The notes: generated by a model not told the origin, from the sequence alone. 32,000 bases of DNA from Halomicronema hongdechloris C2206 (GCF_002075285.3 NZ_CP021983.2:3060001-3092000), one strand, 5' to 3'; positions 1 to 8,950 are shown, numbered from the stretch's first letter. Numbers and translations are program-made.

Positions 1-79
1 CGGACTGGCCCGGCCCTAACTCTCGTCGAACGAACGAGGATAATTCCAACAGTTGATGCCCAATCCAGGCAAAATACTC

Positions 80-85
80 TATAAT
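80..85 (+). promoter_or_regulatory. Candidate -10 hexamer upstream of rpmF
   Basis: A perfect TATAAT lies 35 nt upstream of the rpmF ATG. There is no good -35 at 17 bp spacing; TTGATG lies 21 nt upstream. Confidence 0.25.
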
Positions 86-119
86 TGAAAGGTTGTGAAA
101 TTTCAAGATTAATTGGGTC

Positions 120-296
120 ATGGCGGTTCCCAAGAAGAAAACCTCGAAATCCAAGCGGAACATGCGGCGCGCTCATTGGAACCGGGTAGCCGCATTGGAA
201 GCACAAAAAGCACTTTCCCTAGGCAAATCCATTCTGACTGGTCGGTCTCAGGGTTTCATCTATCCCACCGATGATGACGACGAGGACGAAGATTAA
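120..296 (+). CDS. rpmF: 50S ribosomal protein L32
   Basis: A 58-codon ORF that is missing from the track because it is under 60 aa: [58 protein letters not shown]. The N-terminal [18 protein letters not shown] pattern is typical of bacterial L32. ATG at 120, TAA at 294-296. Confidence 0.9.
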   Translation: MAVPKKKTSKSKRNMRRAHWNRVAALEAQKALSLGKSILTGRSQGFIYPTDDDDEDED

Positions 297-403
297 TCAC
301 CGGTAGATGTACACCAGCTAGCTTCCAATTCTGGGGCTCTGGTCCATACATTTACCCAGCAATCTGAACCAGTATCATAAGCATGACGATAGTCAGCCAA
401 ATG

Positions 404-437
404 ACTCCCCTAGGCCCAATGAACGGGTTAGGGGAGT
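404..437. terminator. Hairpin between convergent rpmF and acyltransferase genes (possible bidirectional terminator)
   Basis: ACTCCCCTA (404-412) pairs with TAGGGGAGT (429-437), a 9 bp stem. An inner CCC/GGG pairing can extend it. There is no strong U-tract on either side. Confidence 0.4.
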
Positions 438-443
438 TGGTTA

Positions 444-1199
444 CTAAGTGGTCAAGGTCAAAGGCTTAGGGCATTCCGACGTATGCAACGTCGTCAACTT
501 TGCTTGCAAAGCCTGAGTGAGTCGTTGCGCCGCTGCTTTCAGGGTTCCATGTTGGTGTGACGGTAGGTAATCACGAACCAATAAAGGCCGACCAAACTCT
601 ACAGTCACCTCACAGCCCCAAGAGGGCATTGCCTCACCATAACGCATACTGACCGGCACGATATGTATGCCCAAATCAGCTTGCAGAGACTCTGCCTGCA
701 GGGCAAGCCGGGCTAATCCTGGCTTGAGGGGATGAACCTGCTCATCACGGAAGATCCCTCCCTCCGGGAAAATGACCAGGGGTTCTTGCTGTTGCAGAAG
801 CTCAATACCGTGACGCAGGCTAGCAATGGTAGGGCGACTCACATTAATGGCAAATCCGCCTAATCGCCGGATAAACCATCCCTGAATTCCCCGTACTTCA
901 TCGGCAGTCACCATGAAGCGCAAATAACGGTTTTGGCCAGCCCGCCGGAAGGCATAGGGAACCAATAGGGCATCCCAGCGGGAGCGATGAGTCGGGGCCA
1001 AAATCACCGGTCCCTGCTGCGGCAAATTCTCTATGCCATGGATACGAATAGTTCCGAAGTAGGCAGGTAGTACCAGGCGATTGCCCAAGCAATAGACTAG
1101 TGGCGTCAGCCATGGAGAAAAGCGAGAGATCTGGGGCGTCATCGTGGCAAAGTCATGGGTATCGGGATGGATCATGGTAAATGCGGAAAGGTAGACCAT
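444..1199 (-). CDS. 1-acyl-sn-glycerol-3-phosphate / lysophospholipid acyltransferase (PlsC family)
   Basis: 251-aa ORF with the acyltransferase HxxxxD box (APTHRSRWDALL) and the FPEGG motif (VIFPEGGIF). ATG at 1199. Confidence 0.8.
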   Translation of the reverse strand: MVYLSAFTMIHPDTHDFATMTPQISRFSPWLTPLVYCLGNRLVLPAYFGTIRIHGIENLPQQGPVILAPTHRSRWDALLVPYAFRRAGQNRYLRFMVTADEVRGIQGWFIRRLGGFAINVSRPTIASLRHGIELLQQQEPLVIFPEGGIFRDEQVHPLKPGLARLALQAESLQADLGIHIVPVSMRYGEAMPSWGCEVTVEFGRPLLVRDYLPSHQHGTLKAAAQRLTQALQAKLTTLHTSECPKPLTLTT

Positions 1200-1270
1200 G
1201 GCTCATACTCACAGTAATGCAGTGATAAACCTCGCCCCAAGTCCAGAATTAGAGAGTTACTCAGGGGAAA

Positions 1271-1290
1271 CTCCAGCTCTTAAGCTGGAG
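1271..1290 (-). terminator. Perfect 8-bp hairpin downstream of tadA
   Basis: CTCCAGCT-CTTA-AGCTGGAG. On the minus strand it is followed by TTTCCCC. It lies 120 nt after the tadA stop. The U-tract is weak. Confidence 0.3.
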
Positions 1291-1411
1291 TGAGTACAGA
1301 CCTAGATGGCATGAATTAGAGCTGATGGTTTCACAGTAAGGGGAATGTCTCAGTTACATCGTCTACACAAGGACAGTTTTATGGCTGTCCCGACGGACAG
1401 ATAAATAACCC

Positions 1412-1909
1412 TTATGCCTGCCGCCGCTGGCGAAACCAGTGGCTGAGTTGCCGTTGACAGGGCTCCGCTAAAATCCCGGCTAGAACCGGTAAGCGATGAT
1501 TGGAACAGGCGCTGTCGGGTAAGTTGACCACCGAACGAATCGCGCCTGCCTTGGGATCACCAACTCCATAGACCAGTAATCCTAGGCGACTGAGAATAAT
1601 GGCTCCGGCGCACATGGGACAGGGTTCTAGGGTAACGTAGAGGACACATTGCTCTAGATGCCAGGTTCCCAGGGCTTGCCCAGCCTGCCGCAGAGCTAAG
1701 ATTTCGGCATGGGCAGTGGGATCAGCCGCCCGTTGACGATGATTGGCGGTAGCTGCCAAGCAAGTATCACCGGGACCTACAATCACCGCTCCCACGGGTA
1801 TATCCCCGGCTGTCCCTGCCGTTGCCGCCAACGCTAGAGCCTGCTGCATCCAATGGCAGTGGGCTAGATAGGTGGCATCCTCTAGGACCGGTGAACTCTC
1901 AAACATCAT
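1412..1909 (-). CDS. tadA: tRNA adenosine(34) deaminase
   Basis: 165 aa with the CDA zinc motifs HAEILALRQAG and PCPMCAGAI. It overlaps the stop of the upstream GH15-like gene by 11 nt. Confidence 0.85.
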   Translation of the reverse strand: MMFESSPVLEDATYLAHCHWMQQALALAATAGTAGDIPVGAVIVGPGDTCLAATANHRQRAADPTAHAEILALRQAGQALGTWHLEQCVLYVTLEPCPMCAGAIILSRLGLLVYGVGDPKAGAIRSVVNLPDSACSNHRLPVLAGILAEPCQRQLSHWFRQRRQA

Positions 1910-3188
1910 GGTGTAAATTCTGCTCCAATTGCCAGAAGGCCAAGGCTACATAGGCTTGAGTCCACAACAGAGGGGTGGCGTCGCTGGAGACGTAGTGACC
2001 ATCCTGTAGATAATAAAGTTCTGGGCATTTGTAACTGCCCTGCTCACAGGTGTCTGCCGTAATTTGCCCCAAAGCTCGATTAAAGTGATAGAGCTGCCGC
2101 TGATAGTCTTGGAGATTGCCAGTGGCTTGAAACCAGCGGCCAAAGATCACTGACAGCAGTGGATCAAACAAGCACCATTGAGCTTCTTCCCCCGGCGTTA
2201 GCCAGGCATCCCGTTGTGCCATGGTCTGGCTAAAGTCCCCCGTGCGCTGCTCTGGAGAGAATTTAGTCTTGTAGTCGGCACACCAGAAAGAATCTCCCAA
2301 ATAACGCCGAATGCCATGGGCTCCTTGCAAGTTTTCGCACACCTCTGCCACAATCCGTCGGCCCATGGCACGGTTTACTATCGACAGGGGATAGATCAAA
2401 AACAGTAGGGCGGCATCGTAGCGGCGATATTGGGGTGGCGGTTGACGGCATTCGGCAGGTAGGATGATCTGAAGGGCCTGTTCTCCCTGTTGAATCAGGT
2501 GCTTCCAGGTAACTCGCTCAGAGGCAGATAAAGGCAGCCACCGGTAGAGTGCTTGCAGCCCAGCCAGCACAGCTCCGATACTAGACGCCTGAATTTTAGG
2601 GGTTTCTTCCCAATGGCCATGGTCCTCATCCTGCCAGTAGCGAATGGCCTGGAAATAGGGAATAAAGCGTCGTAGGGTAGCGATAACCTCAGGAGCTAGG
2701 GAGGTCAGCTGCTGCTGATACAGATGGCAGTAAAACCAGAGGAAATAGCCCAGGGCATCATTTTGAGCCTGGGGCCAGGGCTGGGGAAGTTCTTCCAGGG
2801 TAGTCCCGATGAATTTAACCGGGGGGCGCTCGTAGTGGTTATCGGGGCTGATACGACCATCGATAACGGCTTCGAAGCGGGATTTCTGTTTCATAAAATG
2901 AGTCATCAAGGTATCGGCAACCCGGTAGGCTGTCGCCTCGTCCCCTTGCTGCCCATGACTGTAGGCAATGTGTGCCGTATCACGCACCCAAACACAGTCG
3001 TAGCCAGTGTAGCGGGTTTGCTCGGTGACGACTGCAGCTGGAAATAGACCATTGTCTAGCTGGGGAACTTCAAAGGTTCCTTTGGTTTGCAGCCATTGCC
3101 TCAAGGCCTGCACCTCCGCCAGGGAATAGGTAGGGCGCAATCGCTGACGCACCTGCTGGTTATGTACAGCGATTCCATCTAGTGCCAT
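1899..3188 (-). CDS. Glycoside hydrolase family 15-like protein (glucoamylase/phosphorylase-kinase-like fold)
   Basis: GH15-type motifs are present: YDCVWVRDTA, QNDALGYFLW and HGHWEETP. The ORF is open to 3389. I place the start at Met68 (ATG 3188) because the upstream extension is low-complexity and overlaps a + strand ORF. Confidence 0.6.
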   Translation of the reverse strand: MALDGIAVHNQQVRQRLRPTYSLAEVQALRQWLQTKGTFEVPQLDNGLFPAAVVTEQTRYTGYDCVWVRDTAHIAYSHGQQGDEATAYRVADTLMTHFMKQKSRFEAVIDGRISPDNHYERPPVKFIGTTLEELPQPWPQAQNDALGYFLWFYCHLYQQQLTSLAPEVIATLRRFIPYFQAIRYWQDEDHGHWEETPKIQASSIGAVLAGLQALYRWLPLSASERVTWKHLIQQGEQALQIILPAECRQPPPQYRRYDAALLFLIYPLSIVNRAMGRRIVAEVCENLQGAHGIRRYLGDSFWCADYKTKFSPEQRTGDFSQTMAQRDAWLTPGEEAQWCLFDPLLSVIFGRWFQATGNLQDYQRQLYHFNRALGQITADTCEQGSYKCPELYYLQDGHYVSSDATPLLWTQAYVALAFWQLEQNLHHDV

Positions 3189-3277
3189 AGGAGCTTGATT
3201 GAGCTCTGTTGAATAGCAGGGGCAGAGGCTAGCTTCAACGCCGTCTGGTAGATGAGCTGGATATCCTCCTGGGACCA

Positions 3278-3643
3278 GTGTCGGGGAGTTGGGCAGTGGT
3301 GAGCCATCACCAACCCCCATACTACGGCATAGCCGCTTCAGAGCAAGCCGCCAACATTGAGGCAGAACTGGCCCAATTACCGACTCCATTCCCCAGCTAC
3401 CAACTGCAAATCACCATCGCGGCTCAACTCTACACCATTGACATCTGGCAGCTTTGTTTTCGCCTTTGCTTCATAGGGTACGACCAAGCCGGGGGAACAG
3501 CCCAAGTAAATACGGCCCTATTTGATGAAACCGGCGATATCGATTGGTTGCAGCTAGATGAGGCCACCCAATATATTGTCAGTGAAGCCCTAAGAGACGT
3601 TGATGCCAAAGTCAGCCTCGGCACAGGCACCGTCGAGCACTAA
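3278..3643 (+). CDS. Hypothetical protein (121 aa, GTG start; alternative GTG at 3296)
   Basis: Open frame with a non-repetitive, globular-looking sequence (YQLQITIAAQLYTIDIWQLCFRLCFIGYDQAGG...). I recognise no motif. The call depends on the GH15 gene starting at 3188. Confidence 0.35.
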   Translation: MSGSWAVVSHHQPPYYGIAASEQAANIEAELAQLPTPFPSYQLQITIAAQLYTIDIWQLCFRLCFIGYDQAGGTAQVNTALFDETGDIDWLQLDEATQYIVSEALRDVDAKVSLGTGTVEH

Positions 3644-3653
3644 TAGTCGAGCA

Positions 3654-3902
3654 CTAATAATAGTCCACCTTGGGTTTGGGGTCTGCTGTAGAAAAGTTAG
3701 ATGGATCATGGAGATAGCGGACCACATCCTCTTCCAATCGGTGGATTAAATAGGGTTCTAAGGCATCAGCATGACGCAGGGCTGCTAAGTATCCTTCCAG
3801 ATAGAGACGTAGCTCATCGAGTCGATAGCCTCGATCCCAGTTTTCCGTGAGGGCATCGGTGATGCGTTGGTAGTAGCGAATCGCTCTGACATCTTGCAAC
3901 AT
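3654..3902 (-). CDS. Small conserved hypothetical protein (82 aa)
   Basis: Clean ATG-initiated ORF with helical, charged composition (MLQDVRAIRYYQRITDALTENWDRGYRLDELRLYLEGYL...). It resembles small cyanobacteria-restricted proteins of unknown function. Confidence 0.55.
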   Translation of the reverse strand: MLQDVRAIRYYQRITDALTENWDRGYRLDELRLYLEGYLAALRHADALEPYLIHRLEEDVVRYLHDPSNFSTADPKPKVDYY

Positions 3903-4098
3903 AATTGACTATACGAACTCCGCCGAAACGTCACCAGGTGTATCTTTCAAGGTACGAGACCCAACTCGGGAGATGGCCTCTCTCTCCCTTAGAATTCACA
4001 GAGTTTGTTACAAAGCTCCGATCTTAGATACATTCCTTAATCACTTTAACCCTTCTGGCCTGGGCTAGGGGGAACCGGCAGGGCCGATTACGGGTGGG

Positions 4099-4572
4099 CT
4101 ATACTTTATCTCCCTGCACCACTAACACTGCACGTCGGCAGCGATGCAACACGTAGTTACTGACACTGCCCAGCAAAATTTCCTGCAAGCCTGTATGCCC
4201 TCGACGACCGACCACAATCAGATCGGCATTCCAGTCTTCGGCCGCCGCACAAATTTGGGGACCCGCTTCACCGACATACCAATCCCAATCCACGTCCAGT
4301 GTCATATCTTTGGCGGTTTGGGCATAGCCATTCAGCCATTGGCGGGTGGCTTCCATGCCCTCTTCGATGTGGGTCTGGGCTAGGCTCAGAAATTCTCCCA
4401 GATTGGCCCCGTAGCGATCACCAAAGTCTTGGTGGGGTTTGGGCAGGGTAAAGCAATGGATCAGCATCAGCTTTGCCCCCTGTTGTTTAGCTAAGGTGCT
4501 GGCACAGGTAAATACCTTGTCAGAGAGGGGAGAACTGTCTAAAGCAACCAAAATTTTGTGGTAAGCAGCCAT
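4099..4572 (-). CDS. Universal stress protein (UspA family)
   Basis: YHKILVALDSSPLS at the N-terminus and DLIVVGRRGHTGLQEILLGSVSNYVLHRCRRAVLVV at the C-terminus are the USP ATP-binding signature. The start is set at Met26 of the track ORF (ATG 4572). Confidence 0.8.
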   Translation of the reverse strand: MAAYHKILVALDSSPLSDKVFTCASTLAKQQGAKLMLIHCFTLPKPHQDFGDRYGANLGEFLSLAQTHIEEGMEATRQWLNGYAQTAKDMTLDVDWDWYVGEAGPQICAAAEDWNADLIVVGRRGHTGLQEILLGSVSNYVLHRCRRAVLVVQGDKV

Positions 4573-4802
4573 GATGTCTGTCCTTACTGTTGGTTGGGAA
4601 GTATTTGCCATAGGCCCGTAGCGCATTGCCAATGGCGGCCCTGCCAACCGCTTTCATCTTTAGCTTTCCCTAGCCAACGGCAGCAATACCAATACTGTAA
4701 TCTTTTGTTGCCAGGGGCGATCACTCATGCCCCTATCTTCTGAGAGAAGAGTAGCTGTTGCTTGGGATATGATCATAGCCATGGTCAACAAGGCCCCTGA
4801 CT

Positions 4803-6053
4803 GTGAGTGGCATCCGCATCAGCTACGCTAGCAGTGATCGGCCCTGGGCAGATTGGATTGCCTGGGTACTGCAGGAAAATGGCTACCCCACGACAGCGCA
4901 AGTTCTAGATAGCCAGTTGGAGGGAAGTCCTGTTGGCCGATTTCAGCAGACCCTTGAGTCAGCTGATATTTTTCTCGTGGTGCTATCAACCCACTATGTT
5001 ACTGTTGCCAGTACTCAGCCAGACTGGCCACCATTTCCTCGGCAAGCTCCGACTCTAACCGCCTGGAAGACTGTGCCAGTTCGCGTGGATACCTGTCAGG
5101 TTCCCTCCCATTGGCAGGGGCATACTCAAGTCGACCTCGTTGGCCAATCGGAGTCTGAGGCTGAACGGACTCTGTTGGGGGCAATTGAAGCCAGATCTGT
5201 CTCTGCTGGGAGTGGACAGGGGCCAATTAACGACGGCGCCCTCATGGCTCGCCGTCGCTCGGCAACCGTCTATGGCTATCAGGAGCCCCTGAACGATACT
5301 CTCACTATTGCGATGATGCAGATTCCCCCAGGCCAGTTTCTGATGGGGTCGCCGCCCCGGGAGCTGGAGCGTATGGAACGGGAGGGGCCTCAGTGTGAGA
5401 TCAGCCTGCCTAGATTCTTCATGGGTAAATACCCTATCACTCAGAGCCAGTGGCGGTTCGTGGTAGAGTTGCCGTTGGTGAATCGGCAGCTGCCACCACA
5501 GCCATCTGCTTTTACCGGAGACACTCTTCCCGTGGAGCATGTGTCTTGGTATGAGGCTGTGGAGTTTTGCGATCGCATCAGTCGTCACACAGGGCGCTCG
5601 TACCGGCTGCCCACTGAATCCGAATGGGAATATGCTTGCCGAGCTGGCACTACCACACCGTTTCACTTCGGCCAGACCATCACCACAGATGTGGCAAATT
5701 ACCGGGGCACCAAGGCCTATGACCGTGGCCCCTTAGGAAACTATCGGCAGACCACAACCCCGGTCGATCACTTTGACATTGCCAATACCTTTGGGCTTTG
5801 CGAGATGCATGGCAATGTCTGGGAGTGGTGCCAAGACCCATGGCATCAGGACTATGGTAGCGGCATGACTCAACAACAGGTTCAAGGCAATGTTCAAGCT
5901 AACCAAGCCACCCATCGCGTAGTGCGAGGAGGCTCTTGGTATAGCACCCCTGAACGCTGCCGTGCGGCTAGTCGATTCCATTTTCGCGACAGCAGCAGTC
6001 ACCACGATGTCGGCTTTCGGGTAATCTGTGCCCTAAACCAGCAGCCAAACTGA
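4803..6053 (+). CDS. TIR domain fused to an FGE-sulfatase/SUMF1-like domain
   Basis: The N-terminal ~130 aa are TIR_2-like: IRISYASSDRPWADWIAWVLQENGY, IFLVVLSTHY, VPVRV. The C-terminal ~270 aa are FGE-sulfatase-like: MQIPPGQFLMGSP, HVSWYEAVEFCD, LPTESEWEYACRAG, GNVWEWCQD, VVRGGSWY, VGFRV. GTG start. A HIP1 site lies at 5569-5576. Confidence 0.85.
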   Translation: MSGIRISYASSDRPWADWIAWVLQENGYPTTAQVLDSQLEGSPVGRFQQTLESADIFLVVLSTHYVTVASTQPDWPPFPRQAPTLTAWKTVPVRVDTCQVPSHWQGHTQVDLVGQSESEAERTLLGAIEARSVSAGSGQGPINDGALMARRRSATVYGYQEPLNDTLTIAMMQIPPGQFLMGSPPRELERMEREGPQCEISLPRFFMGKYPITQSQWRFVVELPLVNRQLPPQPSAFTGDTLPVEHVSWYEAVEFCDRISRHTGRSYRLPTESEWEYACRAGTTTPFHFGQTITTDVANYRGTKAYDRGPLGNYRQTTTPVDHFDIANTFGLCEMHGNVWEWCQDPWHQDYGSGMTQQQVQGNVQANQATHRVVRGGSWYSTPERCRAASRFHFRDSSSHHDVGFRVICALNQQPN

Positions 6054-6130
6054 CGCCGCAATCTATCAAGCAGATGGCTTAGTGACGTCGTGATTATGCC
6101 GATCAACTCGATAACTGTCACAGGGTATAT

Positions 6131-6174
6131 CGACTGACTGGGCCTGACGCTTTTATGGTGGACGTAGTCAGTCG
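6131..6174 (+). terminator. Hairpin plus T-rich tail downstream of the TIR fusion gene
   Basis: CGACTGACT (6131-6139) pairs with AGTCAGTCG (6166-6174) and is followed by TCAGAGGCTCTTTTCT. The loop is 26 nt, long for an intrinsic terminator. Confidence 0.35.
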
Positions 6175-6605
6175 TCAGAGGCTCTTTTCTATTGTTAGAA
6201 TCCGGAATCGAATAGTGTAACGGTGTAGCCAGAACTAGGCTAGCGAAAGATTTCAGCAGTCACTCTGTATCACTGATATCAAGGAGGTTGAATATATGGA
6301 AAGCATTGACAGGAAACATTTTTGGATACGTTTCCCAATCAAAAGCCTGCCAGGATTATCGCCAGTTAGAGGAGGACGAGCCCATCTCAATTCTTCATGG
6401 AGAGAGGCAATCCGAGGGTTTTAGGAGAGGGCCTTCTAGGGCTCTCGCATTGTCTTGATCGGGAGTTCCCAGAAGATTCTGATACCATAACATTAACTAT
6501 TTACTAATTACTTATCAGTAAGCTTAAAGACAACATAGTTTTAACCACTTATCATTGATTTCATACTGATATATCTAAGAACCAATCTACCGAGGTTGCA
6601 GTGCG

Positions 6606-7559
6606 CTAGGCTGGTCGATTCAGTTGCTGGAACTCTTCGCAAGGGGACTGTGCCACTTCAGTCCGCCATGCTTGCCAATAGACTCCCATACGAGCGCTAA
6701 AGGCCTTGGGCTTTTCGGCGTAGAGGCGCTGGCCCAAGAAGTGGGCCTGGTTCTGCAATTCCAGCTGCCGCAGTTGGATCAAGGCCAGTAGCATGCCCAA
6801 TTGCTCATCGTCGGCAAATGCCTCTGGATCATCCACAATAAAGGCCCGCAGCACGGCTAAATCGTGATCATCACCCAGCAGATCAGAGAGGTCCTTCGCC
6901 TGATCTTTCATCACCTTCAGCGTTTCGGGCCACGTGGGGGATAGAATCCGCAGGTGATACCAGAGATATTTCACCCGCTTGCGCCATTCATGCAAGTGCT
7001 CTGGCGTCGAGTGTTCGCAGGTCTGAAAGAAATCCTGATGCCCTCGCTTGTAGACTCGCTGCAGTCCACCTCGGAGAGTCTCCCACTCGTCTTGCATGTC
7101 CCAAGCTTGAATCCGCGCCTGGGCCAGTTTCAGGTCAGATACGATGGCCGCGATCTCTTGCTGCTTAGGCCCCTCAGATTTTTGTGTGGCTTCGTAAGCA
7201 TCAACCAGGACCTGACGAATCCCCTCAAATTGGTCGGAGACAATGGAGTCTTGATAGTGGTCTATCAGGTTATCTAAGGTTTCGATGCGCACCTCGGCAT
7301 CTCGCAGATCAGATAATTCACGGCCAGCGTCGCGGAAGAAAATATTTTCTCGCTTGTAGGCCACTTGACCCACCTCATCCCGCACCAACCGCACCAGGGC
7401 TCGCAGTTTTTTGAAGTGTTTCCGCGCGCTATGAATCGCTTCGGCCCGATCGGCCTCGATCTCATGGGTGAGTCTGTGAATGGACGACTCAATTTGTTCG
7501 TCAGCGATGCGCTTAATCCCGGTAGGGATTGACTCCTGTGCCTTGAATCGATATGCCAT
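6606..7559 (-). CDS. CHAD domain-containing protein
   Basis: 317 aa, all-helical and rich in His/Arg/Lys (HSARKHFKKLRALVRLVRDE, EHLHEWRKRVKYLWYHLRIL, DDHDLAVLRAF). This pattern is typical of the conserved histidine alpha-helical domain. Confidence 0.75.
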   Translation of the reverse strand: MAYRFKAQESIPTGIKRIADEQIESSIHRLTHEIEADRAEAIHSARKHFKKLRALVRLVRDEVGQVAYKRENIFFRDAGRELSDLRDAEVRIETLDNLIDHYQDSIVSDQFEGIRQVLVDAYEATQKSEGPKQQEIAAIVSDLKLAQARIQAWDMQDEWETLRGGLQRVYKRGHQDFFQTCEHSTPEHLHEWRKRVKYLWYHLRILSPTWPETLKVMKDQAKDLSDLLGDDHDLAVLRAFIVDDPEAFADDEQLGMLLALIQLRQLELQNQAHFLGQRLYAEKPKAFSARMGVYWQAWRTEVAQSPCEEFQQLNRPA

Positions 7560-7799
7560 TCAACCGTTGGATATCCTCGTACCTTAGCGCTCGTACCTTA
7601 GCGATGGTTATACCCAACAAAGCTTAAACATTCAAAAATCGATGGCCATCCATCACGGGACATATTTGTATGACAGCGTTTTCTGTCTCACTTGTATGTT
7701 GGTGTCAGCGGCTCCATTGAGACACCTTTGAGACTCTAGCAGACTTTTGCCACGGTCTCTTGCGTCAAGACCAAGGCTATGGGGCTATACTGCGGTCAC

Positions 7800-8741
7800 C
7801 TAATCACTCCAATCAGCGCCGTCGGGAATATTCGAGGGCAGGCCATAGGCGTCTGCTGCCTGGGCGGGTTCGATCCAAATTTGGGTTCTCAGGGGACCAT
7901 AGCGTTGGCGCAGGGCCGCCTCGGCTCGTTCTTCTACTTGATCAGCCATATCAATGAATTCGGGATGGACAGCCAGATGTAGCTGGATCCAGACTTGACG
8001 GCCTACCATGCCCCGGGAGCGAATGCGGACACAGCGGGTCACGCCTTCCACTTGGGCAACGGTCTGGGCAATGGCCTCGGGGGCAATGGCGGTGGGGCGC
8101 AGCAACATGGGCAGTTGGGCATTCAACACCCGCCACAGGCTGCGCACGGCTAGGCCAGTGAAGACCAAGGCTAACATCGGGTCTACCCAGGCCTGCTGTT
8201 GCCAGATGGCGGCCAATCCTGCCACCATGACCAGGCTCAGCCAACCGTCCTGGAGGCTGTGTTGGGTGGTCAGGCCTAGGGCGAGGCTATGGAGGGAGCG
8301 GGCATGGTGGCTGCCATAGAGGGCCAGGGTGAGGCTGAGCAACACCAGCACGGCCATGAGCTGCAGCACCGGTAGATCGATCTGGACGGGGAAAGACTGG
8401 CTGCCCTGTTGCAGGGCTTGGTAGAGTTGGCGTAGAGCCACCCAGACTAGGCTGAAGCCGGTGAAGCCCAGAAAGGCAGTCAGGATCAGGGTGCCAGCCA
8501 CTTCGCCGCGGCCATGGCCCCAGATTTCTCGGCCCAAGGGGCGCTGGGGAGATGCGATCGCAACTAGACTGAGCAGGGTACTGAAGCTATCGATCAAGGT
8601 ATGAAGGGAGTCAGCCAGCAGCAGCAGAGACTGACTAGCCCAGCCAGCACCGACCTCAATCACCAACACCAGCAAGTTTGCCCACAGGATAGTCACCAGT
8701 AGGCGATAGCTAATGCGACGCGAATCGGCCTCCTTGCTCAT
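7800..8741 (-). CDS. Cation diffusion facilitator (CDF) family metal efflux transporter
   Basis: Six predicted TM helices, the LLADSLHTLIDSFSTLLSL metal-site motif and a C-terminal cytoplasmic domain. The start is set at ATG 8741; the track uses TTG 8753. Confidence 0.85.
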   Translation of the reverse strand: MSKEADSRRISYRLLVTILWANLLVLVIEVGAGWASQSLLLLADSLHTLIDSFSTLLSLVAIASPQRPLGREIWGHGRGEVAGTLILTAFLGFTGFSLVWVALRQLYQALQQGSQSFPVQIDLPVLQLMAVLVLLSLTLALYGSHHARSLHSLALGLTTQHSLQDGWLSLVMVAGLAAIWQQQAWVDPMLALVFTGLAVRSLWRVLNAQLPMLLRPTAIAPEAIAQTVAQVEGVTRCVRIRSRGMVGRQVWIQLHLAVHPEFIDMADQVEERAEAALRQRYGPLRTQIWIEPAQAADAYGLPSNIPDGADWSD

Positions 8742-8950
8742 GCCCCTCGGCAACGCTGTGGGTCAATACTACTGCACGCCCACCGCCCCCTACGAAGTGA
8801 ACCGCTGATAGCTTTTCTGCATTGGGCGCGGCAACCACGGCCCTACCCTATTCCCTTTTCCGTTCTCCGCTCTCCCTTCGACTACGTTGCTCCTACGGAG
8901 CCGCTTCGCGAACAGGGCAAGCCGTTCTCCGTTTTCCTTTTCCCCATCAC

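Noticed and set aside
3189-3389. Long in-frame 5' extensions of track ORFs (GH15 to 3389, USP to 4647, kinase to 13651, hrcA from 15151, Uma2 from 17875, TM2 from 21039, McdB-like from 25105)
   Set aside because: The extensions are Arg/Pro/Gly-rich with no family similarity. Several overlap neighbouring genes, and conserved N-termini begin at internal Met codons, so the shorter starts were preferred.
5055-5666. 203-aa minus-strand ORF, plus smaller ones at 4999-5226 and 5733-6005, inside the TIR-FGE gene
   Set aside because: It is fully antisense to a gene with strong domain motifs, has no recognisable motifs of its own, and is Arg/Ser/Pro-rich in the way typical of antisense frames in GC-rich DNA.
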